Counted from the stretch's first letter, positions 1 to 10,666 are shown. The stretch: 64,000 bases of DNA from Microcoleus sp. (GCA_052279835.1 CP181291.1:832001-896000); one strand, 5' to 3'. Program-made: numbers and translations. Notes: a model not told the origin generated them from the sequence alone.

Positions 1-512
1 TCATTTAAAATCCGTTTGACATCAAGTCCGGCAATTCGTCCCGCATCTCGTGTCGCCTGTCGCTGGGAGTCGTTGAAATAAGCAGGAACAGTAATTACAG
101 CCCCCGTCACCTCTTGTCCGAGATAGCGGCTGGCTTCATCGGCCAACTTCCGCAATACCATCGCCGAAATTTCCTCTGGGGCGAAATCTTTTTTCATCCG
201 GGGACACTTGACTTTGATGTTCCCGTTGTCGTCGCGGCGAGTTGTGTAAGGGACGCGCTTTGCTTCTGGAGTCAGTTCGGTGTATTTGCGTCCGATGTAC
301 CGTTTGACTGCGTAAAAGGTGTTTTGGGGATTCAAAACTGTTTGGCGTCTGGCCATCTGTCCGACAAGCCGTTCTCCTTCCTTGGTGAAAGCAACTACCG
401 AGGGAGTTGTCCGCATCCCTTCTGCATTGGCAATCACAACCGGTTTGCCACCTTCCATGACGGCTACTACTGAGTTTGTTGTTCCGAGGTCAATGCCAAC
501 TACTTTACCCAT
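1..512 (-). CDS. dnaK: Molecular chaperone DnaK, N-terminal part (runs off the window start)
   Basis: Reverse strand from ATG at 512 reads [22 protein letters not shown]..., the Hsp70 signature. Not in the ORF track because it is truncated by the window. Confidence 0.95.
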   Translation of the reverse strand, partial: MGKVVGIDLGTTNSVVAVMEGGKPVVIANAEGMRTTPSVVAFTKEGERLVGQMARRQTVLNPQNTFYAVKRYIGRKYTELTPEAKRVPYTTRRDDNGNIKVKCPRMKKDFAPEEISAMVLRKLADEASRYLGQEVTGAVITVPAYFNDSQRQATRDAGRIAGLDVKRILN

Positions 513-833
513 GCGTCTGTTGTCTCCTGTGGCGTTGTGTTTAGCTTTTTTAATATAAGCGTAGATATGATTGCATTTATTGTACCGCGTCGAGAAGCGG
601 GGGCTGCGGGGGGATTGCCTCACTTGGGGCTAGCGGCTGGGGTTGGTTGGGTGCGATCGCCCTTTTTTCCATATGGCTTTGGCGCAGCGACTGAGGAGCA
701 AATTGATTAGAATGGAGAGCAAATTAAGGAATTAATTATAATGACCAGTATCAAATAAATATTAAAATCAGTTCTATACTCAAAATTAAAAGTTATTTCA
801 GAAGAATACAAAGTCTACAATCACAATAAAACT

Positions 834-1625
834 ATGAAATTCACCCTAGATGTAGAAAACAATCCCACAGGCTGGCCAGACCACACTCAACTACCCGAAT
901 CTGATGGTACTTTTGTGAAAAACTTTCAAGAACATCCCCAAAGCATCTTACTAACTGATTCAATTACTCCGATTTTAGAAAGAATTCACGCTGACGGTAA
1001 CTATTGCATCGGTCAAGATAGTGGCATTTATTGGCGATTAACTGAGCCACTTGAACGCGGTGCAGAAGCGCCTGACTGGTTCTACGTGCCCAATGTCCCG
1101 CCCACACTAGACGGTCAATTGCGCCGTTCTTATGTGATGTGGCAAGAGTTTGTATCACCGTTGATTGTCCTAGAGTTTGTATCGGGGAATGGGATGGAAG
1201 AACGGGACAGAACGCCTTTATTGCGATCGGGTCAGCAGGAAACTAAGCCGGGGAAATTCTGGATTTATGAAAATGTCATCCGTCCGGCTTTTTATGGTAT
1301 TTATGAAGTCAGGAAGGCTAGTGTTGAAGTTTATCACTTTATAGAAGATAGGTATCAATTAGTTGCCGCAAACGATCGCGGTCATTATCCAATTCCGCAG
1401 TTGGGAGTGGAATTGGGAATTTGGCAAGGTACTTATCAAAATGCTGAGTTACCTTGGCTGCGCTGGTGGGACAGTCAAGGGAATCTGTTGCTATCGGGGG
1501 CTGAAAGAGCCCAACAAGAACAGCAAAGAGCCGATCGCGAACAGGAAAGAGCCGATCGCGCCGAAGACGAATTAGAGCAATTACGCGCTCAATTGCGATC
1601 GGCTGGTATTGAACCGCAATTGTAA
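834..1625 (+). CDS. Uma2 (DUF820) family endonuclease-like protein
   Basis: APDWFYVP, LIVLEFVS and WLRWWD motifs with a coiled-coil tail typical of cyanobacterial Uma2. Confidence 0.85.
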   Translation: MKFTLDVENNPTGWPDHTQLPESDGTFVKNFQEHPQSILLTDSITPILERIHADGNYCIGQDSGIYWRLTEPLERGAEAPDWFYVPNVPPTLDGQLRRSYVMWQEFVSPLIVLEFVSGNGMEERDRTPLLRSGQQETKPGKFWIYENVIRPAFYGIYEVRKASVEVYHFIEDRYQLVAANDRGHYPIPQLGVELGIWQGTYQNAELPWLRWWDSQGNLLLSGAERAQQEQQRADREQERADRAEDELEQLRAQLRSAGIEPQL

Positions 1626-1662
1626 ATAGGAGTGCATCTCAATTTGGGAAGGGCGCGGTGGC

Positions 1663-1732
1663 AAAAAACCCGGTTTCTGCGTGAAGATTTGTATAAATAA
1701 TCGACAATTTTTGGAAGAAACCGGGTTTTTTT
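1663..1732. repeat. Inverted-repeat element AAAACCCGGTTTCT...AGAAACCGGGTTTT; other copies at 5214-5277, 16086-16151, 48421-48488 and 54538-54601
   Basis: The same terminal palindromic arms around ~35-40 nt of variable sequence recur five times in intergenic DNA. Confidence 0.8.
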
Positions 1733-1783
1733 CGTAAGTCTTAAAGAAGTCGGGTATCTAATAATCATCACAGAGGAAACCAA

Positions 1784-4700
1784 GTGCCGCGCATTTTTGA
1801 CAACATCGAACTATCTCTGCTACCAGCATTACGAGAAACCATTAAACTCTCCTACCGTGCCGATTTTTGCGTTGGCTATTTCAACCTCCGGGGATGGCGG
1901 AGCATTGGCGATGTCATCGAAGCATACATGGGAAATCAAGGAGCCTGCTGTCGCCTTTTGGTAGGAATGCAAAGTTTGCCATCCGATGAATTGAATGCGA
2001 GTTTTAGCCTGATTTCCCATCACCGCAGCATTGATAATAGTGCAATTATTCGCCTCAAAAAACGGATGGCTGAGGAATTTCGCCAACAGTTGACAATAGG
2101 GGCTCCCAGTGATATCGATGAAGCCGGATTACGCAGGTTAAGCTATCAGATTAAAACTGGAAAAGTCATTGTTAAATTATTTTTAGCTTATCACCTACAC
2201 GCTAAACTATATCTCGTTCATCGTCAAGACCCAAACAGTCCGATAGTCGGTTTTTTGGGTAGCAGCAATCTCACTTTATCGGGACTATCGAAACAAGGAG
2301 AATTGAACATTGATATTTTAGATTTTGATGCTTGTAATAAACTGCAAAAATGGTTTGACGATCGCTGGGAAGAATACGGCTGTGTTGATATTTCTAAAGA
2401 ACTTGCAGAAATTCTCGATCGCAGTTGGGCGAGAACCGAACTAATTCCACCCTATCACATCTATCTCAACATTGTCTATCATTTGTCCCGCGAGGCGATC
2501 GCAGGTATTGCTGAATTTCAGATTCCCCGCGATTTAGTGGGTTTATTTCAGTTTCAAGAAGAAGCCGTTAAGCTAGCAGCCCGTCACATTACCAAACGGG
2601 GAGGCGTGATTATTGGCGATGTGGTAGGTTTGGGCAAAACTTTAGTCGGAACTGCGATCGCCAAAATTCTCCAAGAAGATTGTCTCTTGGAAACCCTGAT
2701 TATTTGTCCGAAAAACTTAGTCAAAATGTGGCAGGAATATGCAGATAAATATCGCCTGCTGGCGAAAGTCTTATCCATCAGTCGGGTACAGCAAGAATTG
2801 CCAGAATTGCGCCGCTACCGAGTTGTCTTAATTGATGAAAGTCACAACCTCAGAAACCGCGAAGGTAAGCGATACCGAGCCATTCAAGAATATATTGCCA
2901 TCAATGAAAGTAAATGTATTCTACTTTCAGCAACTCCCTACAACAAAACCTATTTAGATTTATCTGCTCAATTGCGGCTGTTTGTTCCCGAAGACCAAAA
3001 TTTAGGATTGCGCCCGGAAGCTTTGCTAAATAAATTAGGCGGTGGTAGCAAAGGAGAGTTAGAATTTATGAAGCGGCATCAATGTTCCGTGCGCTCTTTA
3101 GCTGCTTTTGAAAAAAGCGAACATCCTGATGATTGGCGAGAGTTGATGAAGCGCTACATGGTGAGGCGAACTCGCTCGTTTATCAAAGAAAATTATGCAG
3201 CAACTGATGCAGAAACCGATCGCAAATATCTAGAATTTGCCGTTAGCGAAGCCCTCGAAAAGGATCGCACTCGCTCCTATTTTCCCGATCGCCTTCCCAA
3301 AACCATTAAGTTTTCCTCCGAAAATCCTGCAACCAAAGCCCAGCTTGACTTCCCAGAAATTGTCGAAGTCATCAACGCCCTAAATCTGCCCCGTTACGGG
3401 CTGGGAAATTACATCGCCAAAAAACCCAAACAACAGCCGACTGAAGCAGAACAGCGACAGCTAGATGCCCTATTCCGTGGCGGTCGGCGGTTGATGGGAT
3501 TTTCGCGGACAAACCTGTTTAAGCGCCTAGAAAGCAGTGGGAGTGCGTTTATTCAGTCGATCGAGCGGCACATCCTGCGGAATTTTATCTACTTATATGC
3601 GATCGACCAAAACTCCGATATCCCGATCGGCACTCAGGATGCAGAATTATTGGATACCCGCAACAGCGATGAAGATGCTGATGCAGTTACAGTTAGCAGT
3701 TTTGATAGCGAAGAAACAGAAGATAATTCGGGGGAACTTTTAGATGTTGCAGCCGAATTGCTACTAAACGAAAAAACCTTTAAACAGCGGGCAGAATTAG
3801 TTTATCAAGAATATAAAACCCGCTACCAGCGCAGGTTTAAATGGCTGAAATCAGACTTTTTTGATACCAAGAAGTTAAAACGAGATTTACTAGCAGATGC
3901 CCGCTGTTTAATTGAAGTATTGCAAACTTGCAGCGCATGGCATTCTCAACCCGATGAAAAATTAGCTGCTTTGGTGAAATTGCTGACTGAAACTCACCCT
4001 CACGAGAAAGTATTAATTTTCACTCAATTTGCCGATACAGTCCGTTATCTAACCGACAACTTAACCAAGTTAAATATTGCGGGCGTTGCATCAGTGACAG
4101 GCAAATCAAAAGACCCAACCGAACTCACATTCCGGTTTAGTCCAACTAGCAACGGTAAGCGTGAAAAAATCTCACCCGAACAAGAATTGCGCGTCTTAAT
4201 TGCCACCGATATTCTGAGTGAAGGTCACAACTTACAAGACAGTGCGATTATCGTTAATTATGACTTACCTTGGGCAATCATTCGGTTGATTCAGCGGGCC
4301 GGAAGAGTAGACAGAATCGGACAGCAAGCAGAACAGATTTTGTGCTATTCATTTTTGCCAGAGGAAGGAGTAGAGCGGATTATCAACCTGCGCGAAAGAC
4401 TGCGCCGAAGGTTACAAGAAAATGCCGAAGTTGTGGGAACTGACGAGACATTTTTTGAAGATGATTCACCCCAAGTCATTCTGGATATTTACAATGAAAA
4501 ATCCGGCATTTTAGATGGAGAAGAAGATGCCGAAGTTGACTTAACATCGGAAGCTTTTCAGATTTGGAAAAATGCGACAGACAACAATCCAACTTTGAAA
4601 AAAACCATTGAATCCATGCCAAATGTAGTTTACTCAACTCGCAATCATACACCAGAACCATTGCAGCCCGAAGGAGTTTTATTGTACATGAAAACCGCCG

Positions 4701-5197
4701 AGGGAAATGATTCCTTAATTTGGGTCGATCGCGCTGGAAACAGCGTCAGTCAATCGCAACTAGCCATATTAAAAATTGCCGCCTGCGACGAATCCACACC
4801 AGCAATCCCCAGAGACAAACAACATCACGAATTAGTTCAAAAAGGTGCAGAATTGATAGCAGAAGAAGAGTCAACAGCGGGCGGAAAATTGGGCCGAACT
4901 TCCGGGGCCAGGTTCCGAACTTATGAACGTTTGAAAAGTTACGCCCAGTCCATGCGTGGTACAATATTTGCATCCGAGGAATTGGCAAAAGCCATTGATG
5001 AAATTTACCGCTATCCCTTGCGTCAATCGGCAATTGACACGTTAAATCGGCAATTAAAAAGCGGTATAGGCGATCGCGCTTTAGCAGAATTAGTCGTAGC
5101 ATTAAGAATGGACGACCGTTTTTGTATAGTTAGTGAAGATGGAGAAAAACGGGAACCGATGATTATTTGTTCTTTAGGCTTATTTCAGGAGATATAA
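1784..5197 (+). CDS. PLD-nuclease domain fused to a SNF2-like SF2 helicase
   Basis: HAKLYL...GSSNLT (HKD-like PLD); GDVVGLGKT Walker A; DESH; LSATP; C-terminal SEGHNLQ and QRAGRVDR helicase motifs. Confidence 0.9.
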   Translation: MPRIFDNIELSLLPALRETIKLSYRADFCVGYFNLRGWRSIGDVIEAYMGNQGACCRLLVGMQSLPSDELNASFSLISHHRSIDNSAIIRLKKRMAEEFRQQLTIGAPSDIDEAGLRRLSYQIKTGKVIVKLFLAYHLHAKLYLVHRQDPNSPIVGFLGSSNLTLSGLSKQGELNIDILDFDACNKLQKWFDDRWEEYGCVDISKELAEILDRSWARTELIPPYHIYLNIVYHLSREAIAGIAEFQIPRDLVGLFQFQEEAVKLAARHITKRGGVIIGDVVGLGKTLVGTAIAKILQEDCLLETLIICPKNLVKMWQEYADKYRLLAKVLSISRVQQELPELRRYRVVLIDESHNLRNREGKRYRAIQEYIAINESKCILLSATPYNKTYLDLSAQLRLFVPEDQNLGLRPEALLNKLGGGSKGELEFMKRHQCSVRSLAAFEKSEHPDDWRELMKRYMVRRTRSFIKENYAATDAETDRKYLEFAVSEALEKDRTRSYFPDRLPKTIKFSSENPATKAQLDFPEIVEVINALNLPRYGLGNYIAKKPKQQPTEAEQRQLDALFRGGRRLMGFSRTNLFKRLESSGSAFIQSIERHILRNFIYLYAIDQNSDIPIGTQDAELLDTRNSDEDADAVTVSSFDSEETEDNSGELLDVAAELLLNEKTFKQRAELVYQEYKTRYQRRFKWLKSDFFDTKKLKRDLLADARCLIEVLQTCSAWHSQPDEKLAALVKLLTETHPHEKVLIFTQFADTVRYLTDNLTKLNIAGVASVTGKSKDPTELTFRFSPTSNGKREKISPEQELRVLIATDILSEGHNLQDSAIIVNYDLPWAIIRLIQRAGRVDRIGQQAEQILCYSFLPEEGVERIINLRERLRRRLQENAEVVGTDETFFEDDSPQVILDIYNEKSGILDGEEDAEVDLTSEAFQIWKNATDNNPTLKKTIESMPNVVYSTRNHTPEPLQPEGVLLYMKTAEGNDSLIWVDRAGNSVSQSQLAILKIAACDESTPAIPRDKQHHELVQKGAELIAEEESTAGGKLGRTSGARFRTYERLKSYAQSMRGTIFASEELAKAIDEIYRYPLRQSAIDTLNRQLKSGIGDRALAELVVALRMDDRFCIVSEDGEKREPMIICSLGLFQEI
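3242..3262 (+). repeat. 21-nt short dispersed repeat inserted in frame at a HIP1-like site
   Basis: GTTAGCGAAGCCCTCGAAAAG; removing it restores CCGATCGC; near-identical copy at 19270-19290. Confidence 0.8.
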
Positions 5198-5307
5198 TAA
5201 CTATTGGGATTCGAGAAACCGGGTTTTTGCGATAATACTCGTTGATAGCCTTGAATCTAGGAAAAAACCCGGTTTCTGACTACCCGCTTCTTCCTTCATA
5301 TATAACC

Positions 5308-8300
5308 ATGCCGCAAACACTTACAGAATCCCGCCAACTCCTCCAAGACTTTCAATTTAACAAACTATTCGTCCAAAAACTCGGTTGGGACAATCCATCA
5401 TCCCGCAAAACCGTACCTGGAGAAATAGACGGCGAGACTTATTCCCGAACAGCTATCGCCCAACTTTTAGGAGTAGTTGTATATGAAATTACCACCGCTA
5501 GCGACCATATACCCAATGCGAATCAAAGACTGACTATTTATCGCGAAATAGTCCAAATATCCCGCGAAAATATCTTGATTTTTATTGATGCAAATCGCAC
5601 CAAATCTCTCTGGTATTGGGTGAAGCAAGAAGGTACAAAACTTTATCCTCGCGATCATGTATACGTGAAACGGGAACCCTGCGATTTACTGTTGAGTAAA
5701 GTCACAGCTTTAAAAGTTGATTTAGCAGAATTAGAAACGCTGTCAGTGATTGATGTCGCCCAAAGATTGCAGGCGGGATTGGATGTCGAACGAGTTACTA
5801 AGAAGTTTTTTGAAGAATTTAAACAGCAACACGTAGAATTTTTAAGTGTGATTTCTGGGATAGAAAAAGAAACAGATAGGCGCTGGTATACTTCGGTTTT
5901 ACTCAACCGCTTGATGTTTGTTTATTTTTTGCAGCGCAAAGGATTTATCGACAGCGGCAAAATGCTATACTTGCAGGAAAAATTAGCAGCAAGCAAACAG
6001 CGGGGAACCGATTTATTTTACTCAGAATTCTTGAAAACACTGTTTTTTGAGGGATTTGCTAAACCTCTCGATTTGCGGGCGGATGACGTTAAAGAATTTA
6101 TCGGCGATATTAAATACTTGAATGGGGGACTGTTTCTGGAACATCCCATCGAACAGAATTATCCGAATATTGCCATACCCGATGCTGCTTTTGAGAAAAT
6201 CTTAGATTTATTTGCGCGCTATTCTTGGAATCTCGACGATACAGTGGGTGGGAAGGAAAACGAGATTAATCCAGCGGTTTTGGGATACATCTTTGAGAAA
6301 TACATTAACCAAAAAGCCTTTGGTGCTTATTATACCAGACCGGAGATTACCGAATATTTGTGCGATCGCACAATCAACAAACTAATCCTCGATAAAATTA
6401 ATGAGGGCGGGCACGGGGGCACCGCCCCTACAGAAGAAAACCAGCATTTTGTAGGGGTAGTGCCCCCGTGCCTACCCCATGCCCAATTCCCCATGCCCGA
6501 TGCCCAATGCCCGATTCCCCATCAATTTGAAACCATCACCGAACTCCTCACCAACCTCGACGCCAATCTCTGCCGCCACCTACTAACAGAAATCCTCCCA
6601 AACCTCACATTATTAGACCCATCCTGCGGTTCCGGCGCGTTTTTAGTCGCAGCGATGAAAACGCTAATTTACATCTATTCAAAAGTCATCGGTACAAGCA
6701 AGTTTTTAAATGACCGCCACCTCAATGACTTACTAAAAACCATCGAAACCGAGCATACATCACTCAACTACTACATCAAAAAACGGATTATTAGCGATAA
6801 CCTCTACGGCGTGGATATCATGCCAGAAGCAGTGGAAATCGCCAAACTGCGACTGTTTTTAGCCTTGGTTTCGGCCGCGCAGAATGTCAACGACTTGGAA
6901 CCGTTGCCCAATATTGACTTTAACATTATGGCCGGGAATTCTTTAATTGGATTACTGCGGGTGGATGATGCAGAATATGAAGGAAGTGGAACTCAGTTAA
7001 ACCTGTTTCACAAGACCTACAGACAAGTATTAGAGGAAAAAAACCGTCTGATTTCTATTTACCGTCATGCGACTACCTATAGCCAAAACTTGCAGAGTTT
7101 ACGAGATGAGATTGCCGAAAAGAAAGCCTCGGCTATCGAAAATATTAATAAGATTTTGTTGGAAGATTTCCAGCAGTTAAAAATTAAGTTTGAACAAGCA
7201 CAGATTAGCGGTAAGCCGATTAAGCGTAGCCTTTCTATAGCTGATATTGAAGCTTTGCAGCCTTTTCACTGGGGCTATGAGTTTGATGAGATTTTGCATC
7301 AACGGGGCGGTTTTGATGCGATTATTACCAATCCACCTTGGGAAACATTCAAGCCAGATGCTAAGGAATTTTTTGCAAATCATAGCAATTTGGTGACGAA
7401 AAAGAAGATGGATATTAAGAGTTTTGAGAAAGAGCAAAAGAAACTCTTGCAAGATATTGATGTTTCTAATGCTTGGTTGGAATATCAGAGCAAATTTCCT
7501 CATATCAGTGCTTACTATCGTTCAGCGGAACAGTACAAAAATCAGATTTCAATTGTCAATGGTAAAAAAGCAGGTACGGATATTAATCTCTATAAACTAT
7601 TTGTAGAGCAATGTTTTAATCTCTTACGCAGAGGTGGCGAGTGTGGGATTGTGATCCCTAGTGGAATTTACACTGACTTGGGTACTAAGCAACTGCGGGA
7701 GATGTTATTTAGTCAAACCCAAGTGACTGGATTATTTTGTTTAGAAAATCGAAAAAATATTTTTGAAGGTGTTGATAGTCGTTTTAAGTTTGTTGTCCTT
7801 ACTTTTGAGAAGGATGGGATAACCACTGAGTTTCCCTCAGCTTTTATGCGTGTTGATGTGGATGAACTGCAAAGATTTCCTAGTGCTGATAGCTTGCAAA
7901 TTAACGTTGAATTAGTGCGAAAGTTATCTCCTGATTCTCTCTCGGTGATGGAGTTTAAAAATGAGGGAGATATTCGGATTGCTGAGAAAATGCTGCAATT
8001 CCCGTTACTGGGCGAACAGATTGAGGGGAAATGGAATCTGCGGTTAACTCGTGAATTTGACATGACGAATGACAGTCATTTATTCAAGCAAGAACCGGGG
8101 AAAGGGAGACTGCCACTTTATGAAGGTAAGATGATTCATCAGTTTACTCATCTATGGGGTAAACCTAAGTATTGGATAGATGAGGATGAAGCAGGCGGAC
8201 AACTACTTGCAGCACGTTTCAAAAAAATCACTAAGCTTTTAAAAGATGTAAATATTGATATTGAGGTAAATCCCAAATCTATCAAACTCAATTATGGCTC

Positions 8301-8892
8301 TTATCGTTTAGCTTTTCGGGATGTTGCGGCGAGTACAAATGAGCGCACAATGATTATGACTATTTTACATCCTCAAGTATTTTGTCCTCATACAATGAGT
8401 TTAGAAAACGTTTATGAAGACCAAATTATTCAAAACAGCCTCCAGTTAAATATTACCTCAATTAATTTCATTGAAAGGCTTTTTGTCTGCGCTGTTTGCA
8501 ATAGTTTTATGGTAGACTATATAATTCGTCAGCAAGTTACAGCTCATCTATCTTTTTTCTTTGTTTATAACCTTCCCGTACCACGATTAACAACTGGTGA
8601 CAAATACTTCACCGACATCGTACAGCGCGCCGCCAAACTAATCTGCACCGCCCCAGAATTTGACGAATTAGCTCAAGAAGTCGGCTTAAACTCCCACCGA
8701 GAAGGCGTTACCGATGAAACAGAACGCGCTAATTTGCGAGCCGAATTAGATGGCATCATCGCCCACCTTTACGGCTTAACGGAAGCAGAATTCGCCTACA
8801 TTTTGACTACTTTTCCCATCGTCCCCGAAGCCGTGAAACAAGCAGCATTAGCCGCCTATCGCACCTTTGCACTATCATCTGGGCCAACCTGA
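5308..8892 (+). CDS. N6-adenine DNA methyltransferase, Eco57I/type IIG-like, with target-recognition region
   Basis: GAYYTRPEI, LDPSCGSGAFL (motif I) and ITNPPW (motif IV). ATG 5308 preferred because the track start at 5242 lies inside a repeat. Confidence 0.9.
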   Translation: MPQTLTESRQLLQDFQFNKLFVQKLGWDNPSSRKTVPGEIDGETYSRTAIAQLLGVVVYEITTASDHIPNANQRLTIYREIVQISRENILIFIDANRTKSLWYWVKQEGTKLYPRDHVYVKREPCDLLLSKVTALKVDLAELETLSVIDVAQRLQAGLDVERVTKKFFEEFKQQHVEFLSVISGIEKETDRRWYTSVLLNRLMFVYFLQRKGFIDSGKMLYLQEKLAASKQRGTDLFYSEFLKTLFFEGFAKPLDLRADDVKEFIGDIKYLNGGLFLEHPIEQNYPNIAIPDAAFEKILDLFARYSWNLDDTVGGKENEINPAVLGYIFEKYINQKAFGAYYTRPEITEYLCDRTINKLILDKINEGGHGGTAPTEENQHFVGVVPPCLPHAQFPMPDAQCPIPHQFETITELLTNLDANLCRHLLTEILPNLTLLDPSCGSGAFLVAAMKTLIYIYSKVIGTSKFLNDRHLNDLLKTIETEHTSLNYYIKKRIISDNLYGVDIMPEAVEIAKLRLFLALVSAAQNVNDLEPLPNIDFNIMAGNSLIGLLRVDDAEYEGSGTQLNLFHKTYRQVLEEKNRLISIYRHATTYSQNLQSLRDEIAEKKASAIENINKILLEDFQQLKIKFEQAQISGKPIKRSLSIADIEALQPFHWGYEFDEILHQRGGFDAIITNPPWETFKPDAKEFFANHSNLVTKKKMDIKSFEKEQKKLLQDIDVSNAWLEYQSKFPHISAYYRSAEQYKNQISIVNGKKAGTDINLYKLFVEQCFNLLRRGGECGIVIPSGIYTDLGTKQLREMLFSQTQVTGLFCLENRKNIFEGVDSRFKFVVLTFEKDGITTEFPSAFMRVDVDELQRFPSADSLQINVELVRKLSPDSLSVMEFKNEGDIRIAEKMLQFPLLGEQIEGKWNLRLTREFDMTNDSHLFKQEPGKGRLPLYEGKMIHQFTHLWGKPKYWIDEDEAGGQLLAARFKKITKLLKDVNIDIEVNPKSIKLNYGSYRLAFRDVAASTNERTMIMTILHPQVFCPHTMSLENVYEDQIIQNSLQLNITSINFIERLFVCAVCNSFMVDYIIRQQVTAHLSFFFVYNLPVPRLTTGDKYFTDIVQRAAKLICTAPEFDELAQEVGLNSHREGVTDETERANLRAELDGIIAHLYGLTEAEFAYILTTFPIVPEAVKQAALAAYRTFALSSGPT
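6405..6521. repeat. REP-like inverted pair plus heptamer STRR inside the MTase reading frame
   Basis: GGGCGGGCACGGGGGCACCGCCCCTACA ... TGTAGGGGTAGTGCCCCCGTGCCTACCC followed by ATGCCCA/ATTCCCC heptamers. Confidence 0.8.
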
Positions 8893-8897
8893 AATCA

Positions 8898-10103
8898 TCA
8901 AAATTTCGAGCACTCCCGCGCAATTTCCCAATCTTCCTGGGTGTGAATTACTAAAACTTTCACCGCCGAATCCGCCGTCGCAATATCTGCATCAATGGGC
9001 GACTGTAGATTCTGCTCTTCATCCAATTTTAAACCCATAAATCCAAAAGCTTCGCAAGCAGCAGCCCGCACAATAGGGGAATTTTCCCCAACACCCGCCG
9101 TAAAAATCAAAGCATCCAATCCTCCCAAACTCGCCAACATCGCCCCGATACCGGCACGCAAACGGTGGATGTAAATATCCAATGCTAGTTGAGCTCTCTC
9201 ATTACCTTGGGAAATCGCTTCCACAATCTGTCGCATATCAGCAGACACCCCAGAAATCCCTTTCAAACCAGAATTGCGATTGAGCATATTGTCAAGTTTT
9301 TCCGCAGTTAAATCCGATCGCCTTAACAGATGAATTATAATACCAGGATCGATGGAACCCGATCGACTTCCCATCATCAAACCTTCCAAGGGCGTAAATC
9401 CCATCGTCGTATCCACACTGACGCCACCGCGAATAGCAGCCAGAGAACACCCGTTGCCCAAATGACAGCTAATCAGCCGCAAATCTGCCAAATCACGCCC
9501 CAGAATTTCGGCAGCCCGACGCGCGCAATATTGATGGCTAATCCCGTGAAAACCGTAGCGGCGAATGCCTTTTTCCAGCCATTCGTAGGGGCCTGGATAC
9601 ACAAAGGTGGCGGGTGCTAATCCTGCGTGAAAAGCTGTATCAAAAACTGCTATTTGCCGCACGTTTGGGAGGATTTTTTCGATCGCCTCAATGCCTTCGA
9701 GGTTGACGGGATTGTGTACGGGGGCGAAAACTGCTAAACTGGCGATCGCCTCTTTAACAGCCGGTGAAATTAACGTACTTTGCTGATACTCTTGCCCGCC
9801 GTGTACGACGCGGTGCCCGACAATATCAATCTCGTTTAGATTGTTAATGGTTTGAGTTTTTCCCTTCCACAGAGTCTCCAGCATTCGATAAATAGCAGCT
9901 TGGCGAGATTCTGAGGTAAACTCCTCCTCTAGCTGACTACCTGCTGCTGTTTGGACTTTCAATTCTGATACATTCTGCTGGTGAGTCCAATCAATTTTTG
10001 CTTCCCACAGAGGTTGCAAAGGGCGATCGGATTGCACATCTTTTAACTCATAAAGACAGCTTTTTTGACTGCTAGAACCTGCGTTTAAAACTAATATTTT
10101 CAT
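8898..10103 (-). CDS. ackA: Acetate kinase
   Basis: MKILVLNAGSSS, GHRVVHGG, RYGFHG, HLGNG and FTAGVGEN motifs. Confidence 0.95.
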   Translation of the reverse strand: MKILVLNAGSSSQKSCLYELKDVQSDRPLQPLWEAKIDWTHQQNVSELKVQTAAGSQLEEEFTSESRQAAIYRMLETLWKGKTQTINNLNEIDIVGHRVVHGGQEYQQSTLISPAVKEAIASLAVFAPVHNPVNLEGIEAIEKILPNVRQIAVFDTAFHAGLAPATFVYPGPYEWLEKGIRRYGFHGISHQYCARRAAEILGRDLADLRLISCHLGNGCSLAAIRGGVSVDTTMGFTPLEGLMMGSRSGSIDPGIIIHLLRRSDLTAEKLDNMLNRNSGLKGISGVSADMRQIVEAISQGNERAQLALDIYIHRLRAGIGAMLASLGGLDALIFTAGVGENSPIVRAAACEAFGFMGLKLDEEQNLQSPIDADIATADSAVKVLVIHTQEDWEIARECSKF

Positions 10104-10126
10104 ACTTTATTTTGTCCGGTTTAATT

Positions 10127-10258
10127 GGTTCCTAGGCTCTGCCTGGGAACCTATGCCTAGAGGCTCTGCCTCGCTTCATCAATGCTCAGTAGCCTCGCTG
10201 GTGGAGGAAATGGGAGGCAGAGCCTCCAGATATGTGTTACCAGGCAGAGCCTGGGAAC
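10127..10258. repeat. GAGGCAGAGCCTC / GTTCCCAGGCAGAGCCTGGGAAC palindromic repeat family; partial copies at 26103-26147 and 49755-49801
   Basis: Nested palindromes repeated in three intergenic regions. Confidence 0.75.
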
Positions 10259-10405
10259 AAGTATAACGAGTAGATAACCATACAAAATTTATGAAGAAAA
10301 ATGTCGAAATGTTAACTATTAATGCAATTAGTAGCTAAAAGTTGCGGTGGTTTGATATATCTTCTGATTAGATTTTCATTTACTAAAATTTAAGGAGTCA
10401 AATCG

Positions 10406-10666
10406 ATGTTTACACCAATTTTACTTGCTGTTGCCCCCAGAACCGTAGAATGGAGCCCTACTATTGCTTTGATCATGATTGCTTGTAATATTCTAGCGAT
10501 CGCGATCGGCAAATCAACGATCCAAAATCCGAGTACAGGCCCAGCAATGCCCTCATCGAGTATGTTTGGTGGTTTGAGTTTGGGTGCTGTGTTGGGAACT
10601 ACTGCATTTGGTCATATTTTGGGAGCAGGTACTATTTTAGGATTGTCTTATATCGGTGCTATTTAG
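10406..10666 (+). CDS. psaK: Photosystem I subunit PsaK
   Basis: 86 aa with two TM helices; EWSP...GHILGAGTILGL. Confidence 0.93.
   Translation: MFTPILLAVAPRTVEWSPTIALIMIACNILAIAIGKSTIQNPSTGPAMPSSSMFGGLSLGAVLGTTAFGHILGAGTILGLSYIGAI

Noticed and set aside
114..558. Plus-strand ORFs 114-473 and 319-558
   Set aside because: Antisense shadows of dnaK.
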